From assembly GCA_965197475.1 (NCBI GenBank), contig CBDANF010000003.1, positions 2,272,001-2,336,000 on the forward strand: DNA of 64,000 bases. Reading direction: 5' to 3'. How positions within the stretch are numbered: position 1 is the first letter of the stretch; each line of letters opens with the position of its first letter. The notes under the pieces are model-generated. The model had not been told where the DNA came from. It was given only the letters and a program-made list of their open reading frames with translations, and ran no database searches. The position numbers and the translations under genes were made by a program. This document shows positions 51,609 through 61,571 of the stretch, one piece after another. The stretch is from Candidatus Poribacteria bacterium (GTDB taxonomy: Bacteria > Poribacteria > WGA-4E > WGA-3G).

Positions 51609-53816
51609 ATGCAAGACCAGCAAGGACACCTTGAATTCTTTTCAAGCGGTTCCGTCATAATTTTAGGGCTGATTATCGTAATTGTAACCGGTGCATTGTG
51701 TTGGTTTGCATGGCACCGTAGTGGTTATCGCAATCGAATCGGATGGCTTGAGTTGCTACGTTTTGTGCTCGTTTGCCTCGTGGTTCTTACACTAAATCAA
51801 CCGGAATGGTTAGAGTCACAGCCTCCGGAACGACGTTCCACACTTGCAGTTTTGTGGGACAAATCTAATAGCATGCAAACACAGGATGTCATTGACGATC
51901 AAGACACCACAGCAAACCGCAAAAGCCGTGCCGAAACGATTCAAACGTTGATGTCCGAGGATGTTTGGAAACCCGCGGATGATACCGAACTCAACGTAGT
52001 ATTTGAACCGTTCTCTTCACTGTTGGACTCAGCAGAAGAAGCTACAGATTTAAACGCAGGACTGTCGCACGTTTTGGACAATCATTCCAACCTTCGCGGC
52101 GTGGTACTACTGTCGGATGGTGATTGGAACGTTGGCAACTCACCAGTGGAGGCAGCGACACGGTTTCACATGCAAGGGATTCCCGTTTTCACGGTGGGAG
52201 TCGGCAGTGAAGTCCCATTGCCTGACCTTGAGTTAGTCAGTATGGACGCACCAACTTACGGCGTAACAAAAAAGCAGTTACGCATTCCGTTTGTCGTCCG
52301 TAATACCTTGGGACAGGATAGAGATGTAACCCTCACGTTAAGCGTCAATAACGAGGCAAAGGTTACTAAAACTATCACTGTTCCCGCTATGGGACAAGCA
52401 CAAGAAAATATGGCTTGGACACCAAAGGAAACTGGTGATTACGACCTAAACCTACGGATTGCGAAGGATATACAGGAGCTGATTCCCGAAAATAATGAAC
52501 TCTCTGCACCTATATCCATACGGAAGGAGCAGTTGAAAGTCCTCGTCATTGAATCTTATCCACGTTGGGAATATCGATACCTACGCAACGCTTTGGAACG
52601 CGATGCGGGTGTTGATGTAACATGTTTGCTCTTTCATCCTAAGTTACCGAAGGTCGGAGGCGGACGCAGTTATATTAAACGTTTCCCTGATGCCAGAGAA
52701 CTTAGCAATTTTGACGTGGTGTTCCTTGGCGATGTCGGTATAGCCCCCGAACAGTTAACGGTCGAACAAACACAAGACTTACGGCAACTCGTCAGTGCGC
52801 AAGCTACTGGCATCGTCTTTCTACCGGGACGCACCGGGGCACAGGATTCGTTGACTGTCGGCCCACTTGCGGACCTCTATCCTGTTGTCTTAGACCCTGC
52901 GGCACCGAATGGTGTCGGTTCAAGTGTACAAGGGTATTTTGCACTCACCGAACCCGGACAGCGAAGTTTGTTAACACGTCTTGGAGATACTGACCTTGAC
53001 AATAGTGAGGTATGGCGCATGTTACCAGGGTTTTTCTGGTACGCTGGCATCCAACGCGCGAAGGCAGGCACTGAAATTTTGGCAGTGCACGATCAAGCTG
53101 CCACAGTGTCCGGACGAGTGCCGCTAATCGTTACAAAGACCTACGGCACAGGTAAAGTCCTATTTATGGGGACAGACAGCGCATGGCGTTGGAGGCATGG
53201 TGTGGAAGACAAATACCACTACCGCTTCTGGAGCCAAATCGCACGCTGGATGGCGTACCGCCGACAGATGGCGCAAGGCGAAGCAATACGACTGTTCTAT
53301 TCACCAGATAGACCACACGTTGATGATGTGCTAACGTTAAATGCTAACGTGATGGACAACGTTGGCGGTCCGTTGGATAGGGGCACTGTTACTGTGCAAG
53401 CGATTTCACCTTCAGGGAAAACAGAGACAATTCGACTTCAGCCGGGCATAGAGGATGCGTTAGGGTTGTTCGTCGGGACGTTTGTGCCGAAAGAGGCTGG
53501 TGACTATCGTCTTGTTGCGACCAGTAGCGAAACAGGTGCCTCTGTTCAAACAGAGCTTTCTGTGCAAGGCTTGAACCGGGAACAGCAGGGACGTTTGGCG
53601 CGTTTTGATGTTTTAGACGAAATCGCCAAAATTACCGATGGGAAATTGGTCTCGATTGCTGAGGTAGGAACGCTATTAGATCATCTGGCAGCCTTACCAG
53701 AACCCGAACCGATTGTTAAGCGAACACGAATCTGGGCACATCCGATCTGGGGCGGATTGATTATCTTACTGCTTGGATTATTTTGGGTTGCACGCAAAAT
53801 GGCAGGTACGATATAG
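51609..53816 (+). CDS. vWA plus glutamine-amidotransferase-like membrane protein (Bat cluster)
   Basis: DKSNSM, LLSDG, PRWEYRYLRNALERD, G.GKV...WRWR. Confidence 0.8.
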   Translation: MQDQQGHLEFFSSGSVIILGLIIVIVTGALCWFAWHRSGYRNRIGWLELLRFVLVCLVVLTLNQPEWLESQPPERRSTLAVLWDKSNSMQTQDVIDDQDTTANRKSRAETIQTLMSEDVWKPADDTELNVVFEPFSSLLDSAEEATDLNAGLSHVLDNHSNLRGVVLLSDGDWNVGNSPVEAATRFHMQGIPVFTVGVGSEVPLPDLELVSMDAPTYGVTKKQLRIPFVVRNTLGQDRDVTLTLSVNNEAKVTKTITVPAMGQAQENMAWTPKETGDYDLNLRIAKDIQELIPENNELSAPISIRKEQLKVLVIESYPRWEYRYLRNALERDAGVDVTCLLFHPKLPKVGGGRSYIKRFPDARELSNFDVVFLGDVGIAPEQLTVEQTQDLRQLVSAQATGIVFLPGRTGAQDSLTVGPLADLYPVVLDPAAPNGVGSSVQGYFALTEPGQRSLLTRLGDTDLDNSEVWRMLPGFFWYAGIQRAKAGTEILAVHDQAATVSGRVPLIVTKTYGTGKVLFMGTDSAWRWRHGVEDKYHYRFWSQIARWMAYRRQMAQGEAIRLFYSPDRPHVDDVLTLNANVMDNVGGPLDRGTVTVQAISPSGKTETIRLQPGIEDALGLFVGTFVPKEAGDYRLVATSSETGASVQTELSVQGLNREQQGRLARFDVLDEIAKITDGKLVSIAEVGTLLDHLAALPEPEPIVKRTRIWAHPIWGGLIILLLGLFWVARKMAGTI

Positions 53817-53896
53817 TTATGGTATTCATTTACTCTCTTCAGAAAATCCTTTAACCGACAACTGATAACCAACAGCCACATAAAAGGAGAACTTCA

Positions 53897-56800
53897 ATGA
53901 ATCAAACACAGTCAAAAGAAAATACTATCAACCTACCCCCGCGCATGAAAAAAGCACTGGAACAGTACCGAAAACGGGTATGGATAATCAAACTTGCCGA
54001 AGGCACATTAGCAGCAATTTTTGGTATCATCATTTCGTATCTCATCGTATTTGGCTTAGACCGAATTTTTGATACGCCCACGCTTTTACGCGCGCTCATC
54101 TTGGTAATCGGGATGGTGGGTATGGTGATTTTTCTGCCACTGAAGTACTACAATTGGGTGTGGCAGAATCGGCAACTTGAAGGAATCGCTCGGTTGTTGC
54201 AGCATAAGTTCCCCCGTTTTGGCGATCACGTGCTTGGCATCGTGGAACTTGCGTCAGAAAGGTCAGATCGGTCATCAAGTCCTGCGCTTGTTGCAGCCGC
54301 TATGCGTCAAGTTGATGAAGAGGTAGCAAAACACAATCTCGCAGATGCTGTGCCGAATCCTCAGCACCGTCGGTGGGCATTGGCTGTAGGTCTGCCTTTA
54401 GTCTTAGTCATCATCGGAGTGCTTGTGATCCCCGCAACAACTCGGAACACGCTTGCTCGATGGTTGACCCCGTGGCGTAACGTGGATCGATATACCTTCG
54501 CGCAATTGGACGGTGAATCGGATCTTCGAGTGGTGGCTTATGCGGAACCTTTTGATGTTGAAGCGCGCCTGAAAGACGAGTCACCATGGAAACCCGAGTC
54601 GGGCGAGGCACGATACGCAAACCAGATACCTATAACAGCAGAACGAGATGGGGCAGCCTACAAATTTCAGTTGCCGCCGCAAACCGAAGACGGCAGCGTT
54701 AATCTTCGAGTAGGAGATGCGCGGCGTTCTATACCAGTTGAACCCAAATTAAGACCCGCGCTGAAAGAACTTATTGCCAAGGTTCAGCTGCCCGAATACC
54801 TGCAACGCCAAGAACCGCAAATAGATGATGTGCGAGGCGGAATAGTAAACTTAGTGAAGGGAAGTACCGCGACCTTAGAAGCCACTACGACACGCGAACT
54901 GTCAGAAGCAACGTTAAACAATCGTCCTCAAAAGGTGGATGGCGCACGCGTGATGACCGAACCTATATCAACAGATACAACGATAGAGTTGCGCTTGACA
55001 TGGCGTGATCGTTTTGGACTCGCCGCCAGTGAACCACAGGTGCTACAGCTTGAGGTGGAAGACGATGCAGAACCGACAGTTGCCATCAAAAAACTAAAGA
55101 ACAATCAAGTTATCCTTTCTACGGAGACACTTGCCTTTGAGATTCAGGCGAGGGATGACTTCGGGGTGAAGCGGATCGGTTTGGAATGGGAAGGCATTAA
55201 GAACCCTATCCAAAACCCTGATCCTGCCATTGGCGAAAAAATCGTGTCATCAGGAAGCCCAACTTCGGAGGAACTCAACGTTCCGGCAACATTATCTGTT
55301 GAACGTGAAAATGTCAAACCCCAAAGTCTGCGTTTGCGTGCCTTTGTGGAGGACTATTTTCCTAAACGCGAGCGTGCCTATTCACCGCAAATCGTGCTAC
55401 ATGTCCTTGCACCAGCAGAACACTTTAAGTGGGTAATCGGACAAATGCAGCGTTGGGCAGGCGCGGCGAAGGATGTCCACGATAAAGAGTTGCAATTACA
55501 CCAAACCAATCGTGAACTGCGCGACCTACCTGCTGAAGCACTTGATGACCCAGCACAACGCAAAAAGTTACAGAATCAAGCCGCGGCAGAACGCGCTAAT
55601 GCAGCAAAACTTGATAGCCTCATCGAAACCGGCATGGGCCTGCTTCAAGAAGCAGCGAAAAACGATGAATTTGATGCGGGACAACTCGACTCGTGGACTG
55701 AAATGCTCAAACAGTTAGAGGAGATAGCAGGAAAGAAGATGCCTTCTGTCGCAAATTTACTTGCACAGGCATCCGAAGCACAAGGACAATCCTCCAATCC
55801 CTCTCCATCTGGTGAACCTACTAATCCCTCACAAACTGATCCTACACAACAGGGAAACCAGACACCAAATGGAAAATCTCAACCGTCTGATAGCAAATCG
55901 GGTAAGTCGGAAGACGATATCAAAAAATATGGTCCCGATAGTAATAAATCATCTGAGAAGGCAGACGAGAATCCTGATGATCCAAACAAACCCGGTGATT
56001 CGGCAAGCGTGAATCGGAGTAAACCGGCAGATGGTAAGCCAGGTTTTTCACCTGCGAATCCCACACCTGGTGTGTCAGATGTTGAATCAGGATTCAACAA
56101 GCCTGATAAACCACCAGGGGGAGAACCCTCACAAGTCGTTGGTGGGATGGGGATTCCTACCACTACTCTCAAAGGGAGCGGTAGAAATGATCAAGATCAA
56201 AGCACAGAAACGCCGCAAGCATCAGAACTTGTTCTGGAGGCGTACGAAGAACAACAGGAATTGCTGGATGCCTTTGCCAAACTATCGGATGAGATGAAAA
56301 AGCTGCTTGTCGGTTTTGAAAACAGCACATTTGTGAAACGCTTGAAAGCAGCCTCACGAAAGCAGGTTGATATTGCGGATGATCTCAACAATCTGGATAG
56401 TTTCGGTCTTGCTGACAGAGGAACAAACAATCAGACCGAACGAAAACGTTTAGCAGAACTTGAAGACGCTGAGTCAAAAAAAGTGACAACTATCATACAA
56501 GACATGGCGGCATATACCGACCGACGTCCGTCTGCCAACTACTTGCGTGTCCTTTCGGAGATGGAGGACGCTTCTGTCGCGAACCAGATGCGTGATCTTA
56601 TAAGGTCAATTAACAGAAATTTTGTCGGGCAATCAACTATTGAGGCAGAATTTTGGGCAGATACACTGGATCGATGGGCTGAACAGTTGGTAGACCCGTT
56701 ACCCGAAGCAGAACCTGGAGAAGGAGGAATGACCGTCCTCCCGAACCTGCCACCAGAAATCATCCTGAAAGTGTTGCGCCTGCTCAATCGCGAGATTCAA

Positions 56801-57334
56801 TTGCGGGAAGAAACGCGCGAGGCTGAGCAAGCAAAGGAAGCACTCAGTAACGACAAATATTACGAGCGAAGCGAAGCATTGAGCGATACACAATACGATA
56901 TCACAGAGGATACTCGGGAAGTCGCAAGGGAAATAAGTCTGCTACCCAATGCCGACGAACCGCTGATTCAGCAACAATTCGCCAAGGTATCACGGGCATC
57001 CTTGGTTATGGACGAGGCAGAATCAATCCTTGCGAAACCTGACACCGGACCCAAAGCAATCGCAGCTATTTCAGAAGTGATCGAAATTCTACTTGAAACA
57101 CAACGTGTTCCAAATACCCCCGGCGGTGGAGGTGGCGGACAATCGCCAGGTGGTGGACAAGGATTAGCTGCAATAGTTTCCGCATTAAGACTCATGGGTG
57201 CTGGTGATGACAGCGGCAAAGCCTTCATTGAAAATCGGGCACCGAAACAAGCGACAGGCAAAGCTGGGCGTGTATTACCCGAAGAATTTCGCCAAGGATT
57301 GGACGCTTATTTCAACGTTTTAGAAGGAAAGTAG
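53897..57334 (+). CDS. DUF4175-like membrane/coiled-coil protein (Bat cluster)
   Basis: Three N-terminal TMs, A.DDFGV, low-complexity linker, C-terminal LPEEFR..LDAYF. Confidence 0.75.
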   Translation: MNQTQSKENTINLPPRMKKALEQYRKRVWIIKLAEGTLAAIFGIIISYLIVFGLDRIFDTPTLLRALILVIGMVGMVIFLPLKYYNWVWQNRQLEGIARLLQHKFPRFGDHVLGIVELASERSDRSSSPALVAAAMRQVDEEVAKHNLADAVPNPQHRRWALAVGLPLVLVIIGVLVIPATTRNTLARWLTPWRNVDRYTFAQLDGESDLRVVAYAEPFDVEARLKDESPWKPESGEARYANQIPITAERDGAAYKFQLPPQTEDGSVNLRVGDARRSIPVEPKLRPALKELIAKVQLPEYLQRQEPQIDDVRGGIVNLVKGSTATLEATTTRELSEATLNNRPQKVDGARVMTEPISTDTTIELRLTWRDRFGLAASEPQVLQLEVEDDAEPTVAIKKLKNNQVILSTETLAFEIQARDDFGVKRIGLEWEGIKNPIQNPDPAIGEKIVSSGSPTSEELNVPATLSVERENVKPQSLRLRAFVEDYFPKRERAYSPQIVLHVLAPAEHFKWVIGQMQRWAGAAKDVHDKELQLHQTNRELRDLPAEALDDPAQRKKLQNQAAAERANAAKLDSLIETGMGLLQEAAKNDEFDAGQLDSWTEMLKQLEEIAGKKMPSVANLLAQASEAQGQSSNPSPSGEPTNPSQTDPTQQGNQTPNGKSQPSDSKSGKSEDDIKKYGPDSNKSSEKADENPDDPNKPGDSASVNRSKPADGKPGFSPANPTPGVSDVESGFNKPDKPPGGEPSQVVGGMGIPTTTLKGSGRNDQDQSTETPQASELVLEAYEEQQELLDAFAKLSDEMKKLLVGFENSTFVKRLKAASRKQVDIADDLNNLDSFGLADRGTNNQTERKRLAELEDAESKKVTTIIQDMAAYTDRRPSANYLRVLSEMEDASVANQMRDLIRSINRNFVGQSTIEAEFWADTLDRWAEQLVDPLPEAEPGEGGMTVLPNLPPEIILKVLRLLNREIQLREETREAEQAKEALSNDKYYERSEALSDTQYDITEDTREVAREISLLPNADEPLIQQQFAKVSRASLVMDEAESILAKPDTGPKAIAAISEVIEILLETQRVPNTPGGGGGGQSPGGGQGLAAIVSALRLMGAGDDSGKAFIENRAPKQATGKAGRVLPEEFRQGLDAYFNVLEGK

Positions 57335-57371
57335 TAGACATACGGTGTGCCGTAAAGCAGAGGGGAAACCG

Positions 57372-57710
57372 ATGGTTGATGCGCAAGAAGACTCTATCCC
57401 GTTTGAAGTATTCGCCAGTTTCAAGCGGATAGAGACAGGCAATCCGATCATTTCGCTTCCACCACCCCTCTGGGCAGCAGCGACTCATGCTATCGTTGTT
57501 GATGACAAGGCACACTACATCTGGTGCAAACGCGAACCGGACAACGTTTGTTGGGTGATGATGCATGCGACAGCACCCATTAGTGACCTAACGGACATCA
57601 CACAGGATGCGCGTAATCCTATTCTTGAACCTTCAGCGGACGGCTTTGATAACGCAGCTGTTGAGTATCCATTTCCCTTTCTAAATCCTGCTGATGGCAA
57701 GTTCTATATG
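57372..57710 (+). pseudogene. N-terminal fragment of a five-bladed beta-propeller glycosidase-like protein, cut by IS5
   Basis: GNPII, RNPILEPS.DGFD..AVEYP, DGKFYM; stops at the IS end and no continuation is present in the window. Confidence 0.55.
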
Positions 57711-57824
57711 GAACTCATAGCGAGTAAGAGCTAAGCATCGTTGAAAGTTCTCCGAAAGTTTATCATTGAACTCATAGCGAGTAAGAGCTAAGCATCGTTG
57801 AAAGTTCTCCGAAAGTTTATCATT
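57711..57824. repeat. Exact 57-bp tandem duplication of the IS5 terminus
   Basis: gaactcatagcgagtaag...tttatcatt at 57711-57767 and 57768-57824. Confidence 0.92.
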
Positions 57825-58540
57825 GAATATGCTAAATTACGAAAACCTAAACGGGTTTCTTTGAGTTTATCATAACTAAGGGCAAGTTTCCGATAAGTCT
57901 CTTGCCAACCCAAGGTTCGCTCCACTTTATATCGGTCTTTGTCCATTTCTTTGTTAAACCACCGGAACGGACGGGCAATTACAATAGGTTCTTTGGCATT
58001 CCGCCGGTTCGGATAGATCACCGGGAGCAGCCCGTGTTGTTTGATAATCTTATGATTCTTTTTGGAATCAAAACCGGAGTCCAGTGTTAGAGCGGAAGCA
58101 TTGAGGTCCATTCCAATACGATTAGCAAAGGCGATAAGATCGGTGAGTGTTTCGGGCAAAATCTTTGTCCCATCTTGGTTGACAGGTTTGATGGTTATCG
58201 GGCTGATGATGAACCCCTGATTGTCAGTGATGATCAACTCTTTTTCACCTTTTTGATGTTTGTGGCCTGAATAACCGATGTTGTCCCCTTTTTTCACGAC
58301 GGTATTTGACCCATCTCCATGAAGTTGAGAGGTGTCAAGTTGGTCGGTGTCAAGCAGGTGTATCACTGATGCCTCAAAAAGTTTCTGATACGAGCCATCT
58401 TTTGACCACCGATTATGCCATTTATAGATATTAGACCAATGGAGTTCAGGATGCCGGGTTCGGAGTTGATCCCATTGAATACCCGTATGTAAAACATAGA
58501 GGATATAGTTGAATATCTTGTCCAAGGAGAGTTTCGGCGG
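57711..58540 (-). mobile_element. IS5-family element, 5'-truncated (transposase remnant 57788..58540)
   Basis: PPKLSLDKIFNYILYVLHTGIQW, HGDGS, LDSGFDS, RYKVERT; N-terminus missing. Confidence 0.8.
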
Positions 58541-58612
58541 GTGTGTAAAGTTTTTGTACAGGTATGAATTGGAAAGATGTTACAAGTTTTACCCAAAAAT
58601 GGTATCCTATCC

Positions 58613-59629
58613 TAACGTGAGTTTGATAAATATTTTTAGAAGTTACATATCATTGGCAACTGACAGTCTTTTTCCTGAAGTTCTTTATGTTTGAGTGAAG
58701 GTTTCTTCTTCAGACAGGTATAAGCGATCAAGGCAGCAACTGTGTTCACTTGAAAGTTAACAGGACTTCTATGTCGTGTGTGTTGTCCCTCTGTCTGACT
58801 TTTGAGTTCTTTATTTACGGACTCAACGAGCATCCGTTTCTTCAAGAGTGCTGTATCAGCATCAGACAAAGGTTCAGGTTTCATATTCGGACGCACTTTG
58901 TAAATGAGGGACACGCCTTCTTCTTGGAGTCTCTCCCGCAGATTTTTGGCGATATATCCTTTATCGGCAAATAGTTTGCCAAAGAGCCCACGACACAACT
59001 GTGGCACGGGTTGCCTGTCATCTACGTTTCCCCGTGCCACCATAGCGGACAACAGTTCACCTTGGTCGTTGATGACGACATGTAGTTTGAACCCATAGAA
59101 CCATCCCATAGAAGTTTTAGCACGACCCGCACACTCAGCGAAGACGCGATGCGTTGAAATCCGACGATTGTGGCAGACCGGAAGGGGTGTTGAGTCTATG
59201 AAGGAAATCCCACGACATTCACCGAAACGGGTGTTCAGAAAAATAGACAGCGGAACCAATACCTCTTGTGAGAGCTGCACAAAACGACTATAGCTGACAA
59301 GTTTTGGAAACGCCCAACGCAACTGGCAGCAAACATAATCCTGATAATAGGCTTTAAAGTTTTTATACCGCTTCTGATGAAAATGCACAAGTATCGTCAT
59401 GACTTCGCTCGGATGAAGACACCGAAGTCTGCCACGGGTATTGCTTGTTCCGGGGATTTCCGGTAACTGGTGTTGTGCTTGATATTGTTCGGACGCAAGA
59501 AAAAAGTCGTCAATTCCACAGAAAAGTGTTATGATATCCATCAGAGAACTCCTTTGTCCGTATTTGATATACTTCATAATAACAAAGGGGTTCTCTATTT
59601 ACCAGTTTTTAATTATCAAACTCACGTTA
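58613..59629 (-). mobile_element. IS982-family element
   Basis: Perfect 17-bp IR TAACGTGAGTTTGATAA at both ends; no TSD seen. Confidence 0.92.
58636..59541 (-). CDS. IS982-family transposase
   Basis: IDDF, SYSRF, IDSTPL.VC, GWFYGFKLH, ADKGY, KR..VE. Confidence 0.92.
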   Translation of the reverse strand: MDIITLFCGIDDFFLASEQYQAQHQLPEIPGTSNTRGRLRCLHPSEVMTILVHFHQKRYKNFKAYYQDYVCCQLRWAFPKLVSYSRFVQLSQEVLVPLSIFLNTRFGECRGISFIDSTPLPVCHNRRISTHRVFAECAGRAKTSMGWFYGFKLHVVINDQGELLSAMVARGNVDDRQPVPQLCRGLFGKLFADKGYIAKNLRERLQEEGVSLIYKVRPNMKPEPLSDADTALLKKRMLVESVNKELKSQTEGQHTRHRSPVNFQVNTVAALIAYTCLKKKPSLKHKELQEKDCQLPMICNF

Positions 59630-59654
59630 AATTAGTTAGATGGAGAAACATCAG

Positions 59655-60695
59655 ATGTTAAATTGGGGAGTTATCGGTGCTGGTGGCATCGCTTATGTAT
59701 TCTGCAACGGTATGCGTTTTACAGACACAGGACAGATATTTGCCGTTGCGAGCCGCACTACATCCAAAGCGGAGAAGTTTGTTAATGATTTTGAAATACC
59801 GCGTCAATACAGCAGCTATGAAGAACTGTTGGCAGATGATGATATTGATGCAGTCTATATTGCGACAATTCATCCATTTCACGCGGAGTGGGCAATAAAG
59901 GCAGCGGAAGCAAAGAAGCATGTTCTGGTTGAAAAACCGATTAGCATGAATCACGCGGAAGCTGCATCAATGGTTGAAGCAGCGCGTAAAAACGATGTGT
60001 TTCTGATGGAAGCGTTTATGTACCGTTGCCATCCACAAATACAACGTATGGTTGAGTTGATACAGGATGGGAAAATCGGTGAGGTGCGACTTATTCGGGC
60101 AACGTTCGGTTTTCAATCAAATTTCAATTCCGAGAGTCGGCTTTTTAATCGTGAAATGGGTGGCGGTGGAATCCTTGATATTGGGTGTTATACCGCCTCA
60201 ATGGCACGAAAAGTGGCAGGCGCAGCGGCGAACAAACCGTTTTTAGACCCGATTTCGGTAAAGGCGAATGGAAAAGTAGGACCAACCGGTGTTGATCATA
60301 TCGCTGCTGCAACGCTCAAGTTTGAGAATGATATTATTGCGGAGATCATTTGCGCAGTTGAATGTAACATTGGAAGTGGCACTACTATCTACGGGTCTAG
60401 CGGAACTATCACGATTCCAAATCCTTGGCTTCCGTCCTCGCCTTGCCGTGGTGTGAGAAATCCTGCGCCATTAGATACAACCTTTCCGCCAAGTCAAATT
60501 ATCCTAAACTCCTATCAACGCCGAGAATCATCCGAGATAACCGTTGAGGTAGACCGCGATCTTTTTACCTACGAAGCAGATATGGTAGCAAACCACATTG
60601 CTGATCGGCAAACACCGGCGATGTCTTGGGACGACACCTTAGGCAACATACAGCTATTAGACGCTTGGCGCGAAGAAATAGGCGTTGTTCATTGA
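59655..60695 (+). CDS. Gfo/Idh/MocA oxidoreductase
   Basis: WGVIGAGGIA, HVLVEKP, EAFMYR.HP, GGGILDIGCY. Confidence 0.92.
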   Translation: MLNWGVIGAGGIAYVFCNGMRFTDTGQIFAVASRTTSKAEKFVNDFEIPRQYSSYEELLADDDIDAVYIATIHPFHAEWAIKAAEAKKHVLVEKPISMNHAEAASMVEAARKNDVFLMEAFMYRCHPQIQRMVELIQDGKIGEVRLIRATFGFQSNFNSESRLFNREMGGGGILDIGCYTASMARKVAGAAANKPFLDPISVKANGKVGPTGVDHIAAATLKFENDIIAEIICAVECNIGSGTTIYGSSGTITIPNPWLPSSPCRGVRNPAPLDTTFPPSQIILNSYQRRESSEITVEVDRDLFTYEADMVANHIADRQTPAMSWDDTLGNIQLLDAWREEIGVVH

Positions 60696-60714
60696 AATAA
60701 CGTCATTATGTCGG

Positions 60715-60739
60715 TATGCGCGCTTACAAAGCGCGCATA
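60715..60739. other. Perfect 11-bp intergenic hairpin
   Basis: TATGCGCGCTT-ACA-AAGCGCGCATA; no U-tract, so REP-like or a processing stem. Confidence 0.5.
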
Positions 60740-60760
60740 GATAAATTGGAAGGACACACG

Positions 60761-61534
60761 ATGTTAACAATCTGTTATGACCCGTATTCTGGGACATTGG
60801 GAAGATTTACACGTGCAGAGATTTTTAGTCTTGTCGCAGATGCAGGTTACGAAGGTATCAACATTCCCGTGAATTCGGCGTTCCTCGGTGAACTTTCAAC
60901 TGCAGAAATAGAGGATGCAGTGAAACTTGCTGAGAAGCACAACCTTGTCGCACCAACAATTGGTTTCGGCAACCATATTTTGACAACCCCTACCCGAAAA
61001 GATGAGGCGTTGCAGTATTTTGAGATTGTACTTGATGTCGCACGCCAATTTGAGGCTGACTTTATCGGGGTTTGGGTGAATCCGTCAGCAGATGTCTCGC
61101 GACAGGATTCTCTGGATGCACTCGCCGATAATCTGTCTCAGATGGTACCTGCTTGTCAGGAACACAACATAAAAATCGCCCTTGAGTTTGAGAAGGGATG
61201 TCCGCTTGATAACTATCGCGAAGGTGTTGCATTTATTTCGGACACAGGATTACCTGTCTATTTGACGTGTGATACGTACCATCTATTCAACGATGGCACG
61301 GAGCCTCACGCTGCAGCACTTGCGATGAAAACGTGTTTAGGAGATGTGCATGTATCAGGGAGCAACCGTGGTGAACTGGGTGGCGGTGTTTTTGATTTTG
61401 AGACTTTTGCGAAAGGTTTGAAAGAGATAAATTTTTCGGGGCCGCTTGTGGTTCAATATAAGATGGAAGATGTAACGAGTATAAAACGAAGTTGCGAATT
61501 TACACAGAAATTCCGAGAGATGATACAGTCGTGA
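60761..61534 (+). CDS. Sugar phosphate isomerase/epimerase (xylose isomerase-like TIM barrel)
   Basis: AGYEGI, ALE, DTYH, DVHVS..NR..G.G..DF. Confidence 0.85.
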   Translation: MLTICYDPYSGTLGRFTRAEIFSLVADAGYEGINIPVNSAFLGELSTAEIEDAVKLAEKHNLVAPTIGFGNHILTTPTRKDEALQYFEIVLDVARQFEADFIGVWVNPSADVSRQDSLDALADNLSQMVPACQEHNIKIALEFEKGCPLDNYREGVAFISDTGLPVYLTCDTYHLFNDGTEPHAAALAMKTCLGDVHVSGSNRGELGGGVFDFETFAKGLKEINFSGPLVVQYKMEDVTSIKRSCEFTQKFREMIQS

Positions 61535-61571
61535 GATTACAATTCGAACGGGTTAAAAAGTCTCAGTTTTT

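Noticed and set aside
57711-57824. Direct repeat as a CRISPR array
   Set aside because: Two abutting copies with no spacer; the sequence is the IS5 end; no cas genes present
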